Below are positions 12,469 through 24,841 of a stretch of DNA of 64,000 bases, piece after piece. The stretch lies in the NCBI RefSeq assembly GCF_018350175.1, contig NC_058368.1, positions 41,604,001-41,668,000 on the forward strand, written 5' to 3'. Within the stretch, counting starts at the first letter, position 1. Each line of letters opens with the position of its first letter. The DNA is from Felis catus. Taxonomy: Eukaryota. A program made the translations under genes and the position numbers. The notes beneath the pieces are model-generated. The model made no database searches. It saw only the letters and a list, made by a program, of their open reading frames with translations, and was not told where the DNA came from.

Positions 12469-14226
12469 ATATAAAGACCTGAGGTAAGGACTAAAAAGGT
12501 AAAATTTAAATCAATGAAATTTAAAACCTCATCCTTAATTAAAACAACTATAAAAATCGGCAGGCTTAGGTGTGTGGTCTTCATACATAAAGAGACCCCT
12601 ATTTTTATTCATTTCTAAACACTCAAATGGTCTTACTTTGATTGTACCATATCAAGTCTTTGGCTGAATAATAAATTAGAAAGCAAATATGTCTACCATA
12701 ATCACTTTAAATGAGCCAAGATTTTATGAAATCTAAAATGTGATAGTAATATAGGCTTAAGGCCTAATAAAACTCTAATATGTGTGCAATCACAACTGGT
12801 CTTCTTTGCATTTCTTTCTTTTTTTTTTCTTTTTTCTTTTTTTTTTCTTTTTTGCATTTCTAAACCTAGGTGATACGTTTGTTTCTCTAGGACTAGGAAC
12901 TTGGGCTAGGGAGCTAAACTAATAAGCCCTGTGTGATCCTAATACCTAAACAACTTAATTGCTGTGATTCATAAAACAACATACAGAAATGGGAATGAAT
13001 AACAATAAAATTTTGCTCAGTTCTTTTCATTTCCTAATCACTGTCAAAACAATGAAGGATAACTGCACTTACATGGATAAATAAATAAGAGATAAATTGA
13101 TAAATTTGGATTACGATGCCATTGCAAAAATTACTAAAATGATGAAAATTCATTTTCTTTGTTTGGACAAATCTGGTAGTTATATTAAAATATACACCAG
13201 GGAACATTTTCAAAGCTTTTATGGTGTCTTTTATGCTGCTACACATTCTGGTTTTGAGAGGGAGAATTGCCCTGGAGAAGAAATCCTTCAGAAAGAAGAA
13301 GAGAGGGAACACAAGGACTCGGGGGAAAAAAAAAAAAAAAAAAAAAAAAGTTTGCAACTGCAGAGAATGATTAGTACAAGGAAAAGGAGGAGGAGACATC
13401 TGTTGGTGAAATGATTTTTAGAGATAATTAAGTGCATTCATCCAGAAATAACACATATTATACATCGTTTGCAGGCACACATGGCTTTACTAAAAACAAG
13501 AGAGACTTTGAAAGGCCCACAAAAAGAATCAGCAGCTTTGAACCGATGTCACCAGAATGTCACCCCTCCCTGTGTGCCCCACCTCAGCCTTCCTAAATGC
13601 CTCTCAGGCTCCATCACAGATTTTATTGCAGGGTGTGTATAGTATTTACAGAGGTAAGCTTTTCAGGAAGCATTGTCAGAAGAGCATAGCTTGGTCCTCA
13701 AGTTTCTTAAGTAGCTTAGATTAATATCCCATTTCAATCTCCTGGAATTTAATTGGATTTCTGGGCATCTCAGAAGCCCGTGTATAAAGAATATTAGTGT
13801 TCCAATACAATAAGTGGATGCAGATTTTTTTTAAAGCACAGAGTAAAGCAATTGACCTAACAGTAATAACTATTTCAAGGACTTAACAAAAATTAACCTC
13901 GGAAATAAAGTTTAGATTTTGCTTGATATTTGTTTATTTAATCCTCTTCCATAATAGAATTTATGCTTCATATCGTTGCATGTGATGCCTTCTTGCGAGC
14001 TTTAAATACATTCTTTGAAGTGCTAAGTGATGGGCCTTGAAATGTAAAGAAATAAGAACATGGTAAAAGACTTTTTTTTATAAGAGTTTACATATATAAA
14101 CTCATATAAGACTTATAAAAACATGCTAAGTTTTTAAACAAAAATGAATTGGAAAGTTTTAGATCAAAAAGGGAATATATATAATGGATGGTATTTCTAC
14201 ATAAATCATTTGACATTTATACATGG

Positions 14227-14351
14227 GGGGCACATGAGTGGCTCAGATGGTTGAGCATCCAACTCTTGATTTTGACTCAGGTCATGATTCCAGGGTCATG
14301 GTTTTGAGCCCCACACCAGGCTCCATGCTGAGTACAGAGCCTGCTTAAGAT

Positions 14352-14401
<50 letters not shown>

Positions 14402-14465
14402 CTCTCCTCCCCTTCTCCCTCACTCATGCTCTCTCTGTCAAAAAAAAAGTAATATAAAAAAAAAT
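14227..14465 (+). mobile_element. Older Can-SINE with expanded (CT)n
   Basis: ggggcacatgagtggctcag head, ctccatgctgagtacagagcctgcttaagattct core. Confidence 0.95.
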
Positions 14466-14669
14466 TGACCCTATCTCAGCTCCTCTGCATGGTATATCAC
14501 CAAGCACTTCAGTATTCAATACAATTGAAGTTTTATTAATTAAAACAACATTTACTTAAAACTGAAGAATTCTTTAAAAACTAACCCCAATGCATCTACT
14601 TAGAGTTTAATTTTAATTAGGATACTTCCAACTCCATATTACTTCTCCACCAAATAGAATTAATTTTTA

Positions 14670-14886
14670 TAAAATTTTTTTTTAACATTTATTTATTTTT
14701 GAGACAGAGAGAGACAGAGCATGAACGGGGGGAGGGCCAGAGAGAGAGGGAGACACAGAATCTGAAGCAGGCTCCAGGCTCTGAGCTGTCAGCACAGAGC
14801 CTGATGCGGGGCTCGAACTCACGGACCATGAGATCGTGACCCGAGCGAAGTCGGACGCTCAACCGACTGAGCCACCCAGGCGCCCC
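14670..14886 (-). mobile_element. Can-SINE (SINEC_Fc type, CpG-rich/young)
   Basis: ...ccgactgagccacccaggcgcccc head; TSD aattttta. Confidence 0.97.
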
Positions 14887-14959
14887 AATTTTTAAATAAT
14901 AAAAATATAATATTGCACAAGATGAGAAATCCCATGGTAAGATACTTCTGTGCCTGATA

Positions 14960-15370
14960 AATTCCTTAGTTCAAATCAAGAATCCAGTTTCTCTGGATTC
15001 ATCTTTCTAGCCTGGCATCCTTGTAGTGTTAGCAAACCTCAAGATTCAAAGATGGTTGCCATTGTCCGAGGTGTAAAAGAAAATTGACACTTTTGAAAAG
15101 CCAGACAGACGAAAAAAGGCATCCCCGTCCTTAAGTTTCTTTTTGAGAGTAAGAACAGTTTCCTCAGATGTGTCTGCATGGTCATATCTTATTGGCTAGA
15201 ATCATGTCACATGACCATTCACATGCCTGTGTCTGGAAAGGTAAAATTACCATGATATCCTAGCCTTAGACTAAGCAAGATCAACTACCGTATGGCTTTC
15301 TGCTACCTGAACAGTAAGGGAGTTCCAATGGCAAAGACAAAGGGGATGTTGGTGCTATTGGATTAACACT
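14960..15370 (-). mobile_element. Old MaLR LTR (MLT1J/K-like)
   Basis: aagatggttgcc...catatcttattggctagaatcatgtcacatgacc motif. Confidence 0.55.
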
Positions 15371-16544
15371 GCGTGTCTCACTCACTTTAATTATTTATCC
15401 CACATCTGTCGCAATGATCACTCTTCTTTTTGAACTATACTTATTTTTGTAAGAGTCTTATATTCATTTATAGAATACAGGTAACTTTAAGGAAGAGACC
15501 GCATCAGAAAGCTTTTTTATTCTACATTTTGCTTGATGTAGTGGTTTAATTATAATAGGTAATCAATAAAACTCTTTTGAATGAATGAATAAATTTATAA
15601 GGCTTTGTCTGGCATGTGGTTTTTATTTGCACAAGTTTATTCTTAGCTGTGACTAAATAGATTTTTTTCTTGACTTGATAAAATGTTTCCTGAAATATAT
15701 TTTTGGAATGCCTGTTCCTGAGAAGAAAACCTTTTAGGTGTAGGAAAGGAAGTACAAATACAATTTGCTTCTTACAAAAAAATCAAAGAGATATTTTTAA
15801 ACTATAACTTTTACAAAATAATGCATAACAGTATAAACAAAGATGGGACTTGGCTATTTTAATAATGCATTCTCTAAATAAAGTAAATCTGCAATAATTT
15901 TAAATTGCCTCATTCAACACAATTTGGTGCAAAACTTTCCAGAGATAATATAAACACCAAATGTTGGGGAATGGCTTTTGAGTTTTGTTATTTGTCATTA
16001 AACAAAAAAGGAAAATGTGCTTGAAACAAAAGTGGATCTTATATTTCGTATGTATTCTATTACAGAGAATTCAAACATAGATTGAAAAAAAAAAGTCCAG
16101 CACCTCTTTTTTTTTTCATTTTTACCATTCTAGTTCAGGAGGTCATTTCTCTAACCTGGACTTTTACCCCAGCTGTCTGCTATATTGAACTTTAACACGC
16201 AGATCCAGTCATATCAACTTCTGACATGGCATGTGCTGACAAAGTTGTCTAGAGAATTCAATACAAATTCAATGGTCTTGTCATGGAGACTCCTCCTAAA
16301 ATAGACCCAACCGTGTTTTTCACTATTTTCCTTTTGTGATATTCACACACAACTTGTTCTCCAGCTCAACTGTACATTCATAATTTTCTAAACACAATCT
16401 CCGCTTTTTCCAAGTATCAATATTCTCACTTTTTTCAAAATATATCTGAGTTCTTCTATTCATTTGGGAAGCCTCTTATGTCTCAATTTCTGTATAACGT
16501 TTACATCCAATTAATACACTTTTGTTAATGTTTCTCATAAACCA

Positions 16545-16991
16545 CAGCTATTAATGAATGATGTCCTTTCCAAAAGAAAATACGTTGAAGTTGTTACTCC
16601 CACTTAGAATGTGACCTTATTTGGGAATAAGGCCTTCAAATATGTAACTAGGATGAGATCATCCTGGAGTAGAGTAGACCCTGAGTCCAGTATGACTGGT
16701 GCCATTATAAGGGAAGACACAGAAACACATGTAAAGAACTCCAAGTGAGGACATGGCAGAGATTGGAATTATGCAAAACAAGCAAAAGAACACAAAAGTT
16801 TGCAGCAAACTATCAGAAAAGGCAAGGAAGGATTCCTCTAGAGGCTTCAGAGGGAGAATGGCCCTGTCAACATTTTGAGTTGAGACTTCTAGACTCTATA
16901 CAGTTGTGAAACAACAAAATCCTGTTGTTTTAGCACACTCTTTGCGTAAGAGTGTGCTACTTGGTTAAGGAAGTCTTAGGAAACTAATACA
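16545..16991 (+). mobile_element. MaLR LTR (MLT1C-like)
   Basis: gaatgtgaccttatttgggaataaggcc...gaggcttcagagggagaatggccctgtcaaca...aggaaactaataca. Confidence 0.88.
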
Positions 16992-17576
16992 GCCACTAAA
17001 TCAATTCCTTGTTATGCTACAGGCATTATCCTATAATAGTTATATGGATATCCCTTCCCTCTTTCTCCTTTATCAATTCTGTTAGTTCAACCAACTAATA
17101 TAAATTTGGCTCTCCTCCCATCATAAGTCATATAAAGGCAGGAATTTTATTATTTTACCGTCAAATGTCCTAATCATTTTGTAACCCTTTTCAGTGACTT
17201 AACAAGAATTATTGCCAAATTAAAAATAAATCATAACATTCTGAAACAATATTATGACTTAACTCTCCTTTTAAGTCAATGGAAATGCTTCAGGCAAACG
17301 CCTAAAAATATTGACAAAGTAATCCTGGTTTCTTACATTTTTCTACAAACCATCTGGCACACGAAAGCATATGCCTTCTGACAAATAGTTTCAAGGACCT
17401 CCTAACTGGAAACATACACATCTATACATACACATATACATCTGTATACAGATACAAAGACTAATTTCCAGTTAATTGTATAGATATAAGTAAACATTTA
17501 TTGACCTTAAAACACATTCTATTTTAACACTGAGAATGTATGAGTGATTGGAGCTAGTAGGTAATTGAGAAACAGT

Positions 17577-17577
17577 C

Positions 17578-17612
<35 letters not shown>

Positions 17613-17970
17613 AACACACACATATATATATTAGAATACAAGTAGCTTTCTTTAATGTAAATATATATGTGTATATATACATATATGTACATATATATGT
17701 GTGTGTATGTTATGTATGTATATAATGTATATATAGGTGTAAATATATACATATATATGTATATATGTGTGTATTTATACATATATATTTACATTAAAGA
17801 AAGCTACTTGTATTATAGTAGAATACTATATATTGTGTATGTATATTTAAATATACACACACATATATTTACATTATATAAAGCTACTTGTATTCTACTA
17901 TATATATATTTATATTCTATACACATGTATTATATACATATATATGTATTCTACTATATATACATATTTA
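17577..17970. repeat. TA/CA microsatellite complex with 36-bp perfect inverted repeat
   Basis: 17635-17670 is the exact reverse complement of 17779-17814; a third imperfect copy at 17861-17897. Confidence 0.95.
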
Positions 17971-18696
17971 GAGAGAGAAACAGAATATTAAACCTTCATA
18001 TATTCCTCAGTGTGATGAATTATCATTTCATGACCAATCTTTTCCCTGTATGTCCCCACAATTTCCCTCACAACCTGGTGGATTATAAAAACATAAACAT
18101 TTTATTTCCTCTCATCAATCCCTCATCCTGTATCTAGCACTTTCTCAACCTCCTAGATACCTAACTAACACTTCTAACCGTTTATCTTAGAATATCTGTA
18201 TAAGAACATTTCTGATCCGGCTCTTGTAGAAGATTTATATGAAAAGACTCAGAGATAAGACTTGAGAGGCAGGAATTAGGGAAATTTTGAATGTCAGCTG
18301 AATTTAGTATGTTCTGTGTTGGGGAACACAGTAAAGAAAGGGGTGCTGGGTTTTTATTTAGTTATTAATATAAAAACACTCAATTAATGAGTGCAAAATG
18401 AAAAACTGAAAATCATTAAAAAACTGTCACCAGTTTCAGTGAAAAAGCACAAGAATTCAGGTTTGACACAGGTTTGAAGAGGTGAGTAGTTGCGGAATTT
18501 GATGGGAGAGAATGAATGGTAAAGGGCAGCACGAACTTTCAGCATCTGTCTTCTCATTATCAACAAGGGCTCTTGAATAAGGAAAATGAGTGTCAAGCAG
18601 ACAAAAAGCATCTTGCGGGTCCAGGCCATTCAGGCATTGTCACAGAGGTGACCAAAACTTGGAGAAAGGAGGCATTATATAACATTCTTCATCTCT

Positions 18697-19700
18697 AATT
18701 CATTCATTTAAAGTAAATTTACTGTTTGATTAATATGCAGGTACTGTTCTAAATTCTGAGCTCAGAGTAATAATTTAAAAACTAAATTTTCATTAAAACA
18801 CCAAAATTAAATCGATATTTTTAAAAGTCTGATTCACGGTTCATACTCTGATGAGCGAAACAGATTTTAAACAAGTAACTAAGACCTGTGTAATGAAAAG
18901 AGGGAGCAAGACAAATGAGCAAAACAAAGGCATGGGTAGTGGTTTGGGGCAAGACTATTTTACTCAGGGTGGTTAACAGGCTCTCTGAAGAGGTACCCTT
19001 GAACAGAGATAGAAATGACCAGAGGAGTGAGTCACACAACTCTGAAGGACAAAGTTTCCAAATGGCAGGAATAGTGAGTACAGGCCATTAAGTCAGTCTA
19101 CAAAGGGAACAGCTTGGGAGAAGAAGGGAGTGCAGAGTGGTGAGATTGGAGGTCTTCCTCGGGTAGATTAGTAAGGTTGTGCAGACCCTGATAAGGAGTT
19201 TGCTTTCGTTCTAAAATTTCTGGAGACCATTTGCAGGGTTTAGGACAGTGGAGTGACATGAAGGAATTCTACGTTTTATAAAATCACTGACGACCACCTG
19301 ACTTTAAGGGAAATGGAAGGACACAGCAGGAGGACAAACTGGGGACTATGGCAGCAATTCAGAGAGGTAGAGGGGTGTCTAGACTGAGGATTAGTTAATG
19401 GCTGAGTGAGGGAAAGTAATCAAAAAATCCTAATGAATATGGGTTGGAGGCAAAGAGAGAAGTCAAGTTGACAACTAAGTTTGTGGCCTAAGCAACTGAG
19501 TAAAGGCAGTACCATTTACTAAGATGGGGAAGACCAAGGCTGGAAGAATATATTGAGAAAAATGCTTTTTTGGTCATATTAATATTGAGAACCGTATCCA
19601 AAACGGAATTGTCACTTACAATGTAGAGGGGATATAGAATTGAAACTCAGGGGAGAAATTTAAGGACAAAAGCTCAGATTCCTAAGCATACTGAGTATAT
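18697..19700 (-). mobile_element. L2 LINE 3' fragment
   Basis: attcattcatt tail; cagggtggttaacaggctctctgaagaggt; gactatggcagcaattcagagaggt; agcaactgag...ccatttactaagatgggga. Confidence 0.85.
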
Positions 19701-20162
19701 TTATAATTACATAAGCCACAGTGCTATACGATGGGATTGCATTTCTTTATCATGCTATTGATTTAATAGTGGCAATAAGATAATTATTAATTTTCTTCTA
19801 GGTAAAAAGTACACTGGTGGTTTTTTTTCTTTTAAAAACACCTATCTTCTGTAAAATAAAGTTAGACAATTCTGTCCTTAAACAAGGATGTTTCAAGGTC
19901 TTGAATGCCTTTTATACTTTTCCTGTGGAAAAATAAAACAGGTTTACAGTCAAATATTCAGAGGAAAATTTAAAACGTATTTTAGAAATATAAGTTCTTA
20001 TTTTCAGATAGCATATACTTAGTAAATATCTTTGTATTACATCGAATTTATAAATAAAGAATAAGCATTATATGAAATATTATTAAGCAATGTTAGTCAA
20101 TTAACTAAATGAATCCATCTACAACGTACTCAGGCCCACTTCCTAAATATTCAACTAGTTTA

Positions 20163-20424
20163 GGGGCACCTGGGTGGCACAGTCGGTTAAGCATCCAACT
20201 CCAGCTCAGGTTATGATCTCATGGTTCGTGAGTTTGAGCCCCGCTTCAGGTGAGCTCGAACCCTGCTTTAGGTGAGCTCAAGCCCCCACTTTGGGTGAGC
20301 TTGAGTCCTGCTTCGGGCTCCACACACACACTCTCTCTCACTTTCTCCCTCTTTTTCTCTCCCTGCCTCTGGGTCCCTCATGAGATTCTCTCTCTCTCAA
20401 AAAAAAAAAAAAAAAAAAAAAAAA
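20163..20424 (+). mobile_element. Variant Can-SINE with four tandem ~22-bp B-box-region units
   Basis: Normal head, then four gtgagYtYRaRcc...cttYRg units at 20228-20316, CT tract, poly(A). Confidence 0.93.
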
Positions 20425-20837
20425 AGATAATATTTTAAGTCAATAATCTTTTCAAGTAGTGAACATCAGAATTACTCTGGGGAGCAATTTTACAAGCCCG
20501 TGCACAAATTTCACTTCCCTGAACTGTGAATTCTGTTTCAGAGTGGAAGTATAGAACCAGGACATGTGTAGTGGAGAAAAGACAGATGCACTGTGGTTCA
20601 AAATCACTGACACAGCAAATGGGCTCTGCTGACCTTAATCCCTCTGACTCTGTTCTCTCTTCTAACCAAACTCCAAGTTCAAGCATAAACCTTCTACAGA
20701 TAAACTAACTCATCTCTTAAATTGATGTAAAGATGTGTCAGTCTCTTTGAGATAATTTTGGATAACTTTGATTGCATCCATTATGTATGGTTTTTGTTGG
20801 TTAATTTATACGTAGGTGACGATTTTTCCTTTTATTT

Positions 20838-21096
20838 TATTTTATTTTATTTTATTACATTTTATTACATTTTATTTTATTATTTTTTAATGTTTATTTA
20901 TTCTTGAAAGACAGACAGAGCTTGAGCAAGAGAGGGGCAGAGAGAGAGAGAGAGAGGGAGACACAGAATCTGAAGCATACTCCAGGCTCTGGGCTGTCAG
21001 CACACTGCCTGATGCGGGGCTTGAACTCACAAACTGTGGAGATCATGACCTGAGCCAAAGTTGGACGCTTAACCAACTGAGTCACCCAGGTGCCCC
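20838..21096 (-). mobile_element. Can-SINE with (TTTTA)n tail
   Basis: TSD tttttccttttattt at 20823-20837 and 21097-21111. Confidence 0.97.
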
Positions 21097-22085
21097 TTTT
21101 TCCTTTTATTTAAAAAAACTGGACAGTGTCTTATTATTGCCTTTCTTCACTATCATCCATCTCTTCATAAAGCTAACAATTTCCATTTCTTCCTAAATGA
21201 TATTTTTTCACTGGTTTCCAATCCATCATTCAGACAATTATATAATTGATAAGTTAGTTTCCATTAGTTTTTTTAACTTGCATTAAGAATCCTCACCTAC
21301 ATGCATGATATATATCAGTTATTTATTTCCTAAAATTCTACCCTCCTGTTGTGGGTAACTTTCCATTAACTTAATTTAAAACATTCAGTGTCACTGGAAA
21401 GACACAGTTTTATTTCAGAATACACATCACATGTTCAAATATGATAAAAATATATATTTTTTATGCATTCTGAATTTAAAGTCTCAACTTTTGTAAACAA
21501 TAGTAAAATCCTTTTGTGTTTTTAGACTTGGGATTTTGTGTTTGTTTTGGGAATCTATTTCGTATTATACAAAAAGTTTTTATGTTCTGTATTGTTCCCT
21601 GGGCAAAACTCTCACTGAATTCCCTGCACTGATAATCTAAGAGTTGTTTATGAAACAAATTCATGCTATGCAATGGAGTGTACAGTGGAAACAGTGAGGT
21701 TAATTTTACTCTGGATTTATAGTGTCATTTTCTTGGCAACTGAAAAATTTCTCAATGCCAAATCTATAAAAATGTTAATTTGTCCAATTTTTAGAACATA
21801 AGTACATTATTAATGAATATCAATATTCTTTTCCATATCTAAATGTTTATTTCCACTATTCTGGAAATGATATAACAAACTTTTGAGAAGCACACTGAAT
21901 AAACCATTTGGAAAGTAAATGGTCACCTATTAAATATGCTTATGTGGAGAATCAAAATGGCCTCTGTTAGAGAAAACAGAGTGAGGGGACGGCCAATTGG
22001 AGCTCTAGGTTGCAGGAAAAAAAAATAGATATTTTAATAATTACATGTATCAGAATGGCCTGGGATATTACTACATCAAGATTTT

Positions 22086-22098
22086 TTTTTTAAGTTTA

Positions 22099-22135
<37 letters not shown>

Positions 22136-22321
22136 GAGAGAAAGAGAGAACATGTATGTGTGAGCAGAGGAGGGGCAGACGGAGAGAGAAAGGATCCCAA
22201 GCAGGCTCTGTGCTGTCAGCACAAGGCCTGATGTGGGGCTCAAACTCACAAGCTGTGAGATGATGACCTAAACTGAAATCAAGAGTCGGAAACTTGACCT
22301 GCTGAGCCACCCAGGTGCCCC
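22086..22321 (-). mobile_element. Can-SINE with (TA)n in tail
   Basis: TSD tacatcaagatttt at 22072-22085 and 22322-22335. Confidence 0.96.
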
Positions 22322-23314
22322 TACATCAAGATTTTCTAAAGAAAAATTGGGAGATTGAATTTTAAATCTTTTAAGTAAAGCTACAACATGTATTATGAAC
22401 AATTAACTTTTAAAAAAGTATTAGCAGTTATAATTCGATATTTCAACATCCCTGTTTTTCAAATCCTTCAATCTTTTCTGCCATCACTGGCCAACAAGTA
22501 TACTGTAGACCCCTCTGCTTGCCTCCATGTTGTTGAACCTCTTCCTCCCTGTTCTCTGTTGTTTTTTTCCACCATCACCATCCTTCTCACTATTCACCTG
22601 TACTGTCTAACCACTCTCCACAAATACATAGCCATGCTATCAAATTTATAATAATTTCCTAAACTATTATGATAGATCAGTATATCTATCTCTCTTTCTG
22701 GCTCTCACCTCTTACAAGATAGGTCAGATGGCCAAAACCTTGGAACCAAACTCTCCATATATTAAGAAAACTTCAGTAGTCAGATCTTAGGTCTATTTTT
22801 TTTTTTTAATATAGCTAGCTAATTTAATAACAAAAATCAATTGTTACCTGGGTCAAGATTTTAATTGTATGTCAAATCAATGATGGATTTAAATCATTGG
22901 TCTAGTAGAAGTTTCTCAACTAATTATCAAGGAACTTTTCAGGTAATTTTTCTTGATATTTGGTGCTATACTCATCAGGGTTTAGGTTACAAACATTGAG
23001 AGACAACTTTAGTTAATGTACAAGGAAAGATAATTAATTAAGTTGATGTCAAAGAGGTCATACATGCAGTGGGTGGCTGAAAAACCATACTGGGGCATAA
23101 ACTTACCACAGGAAAGGTCTCTGAGGTCTATGCATACTTAACCTCAGGCCCTATGAGCTTAAATCCATACTAGTTGTGAAGGCACAACTTTTTTACTGCA
23201 GTACTTACAGAGCCTTGAGCACTGGAGACACTACATACACTATTCAACTGAAATTACATATTGTAAATCTGTGGTGGAACAGAGCCATCAATTTGTTTCC
23301 CAGATGTGTTTAAA

Positions 23315-23525
23315 ATTTTTTTTTATTACGTTTCTTTATTTTTGAGAGGCAGAGAAAGAGTGTGAGTGGAGGAGGGGCAGAGTGAGAGGGAGACAGAATC
23401 TGAAGCAGGCTCCAGGCTCTGAGCTGTCAGCACAGAGTCCGACTTGGGACTCGAACTCATGAATTGTGACATCATTACCTAGGCCGAAGTCGGACGCTCC
23501 ACCAACTAAGCCACCCAGGCGCCTC
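23315..23525 (-). mobile_element. Can-SINE (SINEC_Fc type)
   Basis: caggctccaggctctgagctgtcagcacag core; head ...ccacccaggcgcctc. Confidence 0.96.
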
Positions 23526-23547
23526 TGGGCAGAATGTAATTATAAAT

Positions 23548-23690
23548 GTATTAGGGTCCAGTCAACAGAAAAAAAACACATCAATTATCTGAAGAAGAAT
23601 TTAATATAAAAACCTTCTTACTATTGCTAGAGTAAGAAGTGGTTCCTAAAAGTAGTCAAAGAGAACTCTAAAGGAGACAGATATAAATAG
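23548..23690 (-). mobile_element. ERVL-class LTR end (copy 1)
   Basis: tgtattagggtccagtcaacagaa...aatttaatataaaaacc parallels the sequence at 25653-25740. Confidence 0.6.
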
Positions 23691-23714
23691 TACTATATTT
23701 ACATAGCAAATTTA

Positions 23715-24520
23715 TAAACTTTCAATTTCCAGTTCTGTATTAAGGAGCTGTGAAGTCACCACTCTGTGCTAGCAACAAGTAAAAAGCTAAATAAACTGAA
23801 AAATCAACAACTCTTCTTGAATATGTGAGACATCGTATATGGAGCACACAGAGAAAATTGCTGTCCCAAGACAGGAGAGATAAGCAAATAGAAGAAGGCG
23901 TGGCCACTAGACCAACAATCAACAAGTGAAAACAACCTCTGGAACCAGTGCTGGCAGGAAAACCTGGTCTGTAATTAATGAGCTGCTAGATGCTCTATTT
24001 GGACAAGTTTGAGAGTTAGGGGATCCAATCACAGGGGGCTCCCCACAGTATTGTTGAGATTTACTTCTAGGGATTCTACTAGGTTCCCACAGTAAATATC
24101 AGAGAAAACTTCCTCCTGTTTCTGACAGGAGGGAAAAGGAACCATTTTTAAATACTCCAGAGCACTATGTTCTTAAGTCCTTTCCTCTGGAGAAACTAGT
24201 TAACCAGATCCTAAGCTGATGGGATATTATCAGAGCATGGGGAAAGGGGATTACCCAACTCCCACCCAGCTCTAGCCTTCTATGTGGAAGAACAGCTCAC
24301 TGTAGCCATCTTGTCCCACCTAAAGACGAGAAACAAACAAGCAAATAACAGCAACAACAAAACCAGAGAATCGTGTGTAGTTCACTGTCCAGAGGCAGAC
24401 GCTGGCTAAAAGACCGAAACCTAATCATAGGACTATAGAACTCTTCCCTTCCCCCTACACCTCACCACCACATTACTAAAAGCCTCTTTACAGCAGTTTC
24501 TCTTAGTTGAGAATAAGAAA
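23715..24520 (+). mobile_element. L1 5' UTR region (L1MC-type 5' end)
   Basis: gaagtcaccactctgtgctagcaacaagtaaaaagctaaataaactgaaaaatcaacaactcttctt...ctaatcataggactatagaa...cacctcaccaccacattactaaa match recalled L1MCa 5' end. Confidence 0.8.
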
Positions 24521-24524
24521 ATGC

Positions 24525-24840
24525 CTACTGGGCTGTTAATAACATTCACTGAAAGATGTGCGATCATGGCTCTCCTGAACACCAAGAGCGAGGAAGCCAT
24601 GTGCCCGGGTGTTGACAAAACTCCCTGGAGGGAGAAACCACAGGATCCCCTGGCACACCTCTCCCATGGGAGTCACCTGTGTGGGTGCCAGCAAAACACG
24701 CCAAGAACCTTCTCAGTAAAATGTCAGTGAAGCTTGCTGGAGGGTAATTACCGGTGTGTCTTCCAAATAGTGGTAGCAAGGAAACTGCTCGTTCAGATGC
24801 TGGAAATATGTTGGAAGGGGAGAGCCACTGGGTCTTTTTC
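24525..24840 (-). mobile_element. Probable continuation of ERVL-class LTR copy 1
   Basis: GC-richer segment loosely similar to 25900-26040 (cactgaaagatgtgcgatcatgg vs cattggagaaggtatggttgcgg; gacaaaa(c/t)tc). Confidence 0.4.
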
Positions 24841-24841
24841 A

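Noticed and set aside
17576..18137. Longest ORF (156 aa) and other Y/I/C/V- or K/E-rich ORFs
   Set aside because: Read-through of microsatellites and low-complexity tracts (also at 6.6, 32.4, 38.0, 46.2 and 50.1 kb)
20228..20316. Regular ~22-bp repeats as a possible CRISPR array
   Set aside because: No spacers, lies inside a SINE, mammalian context, no cas genes
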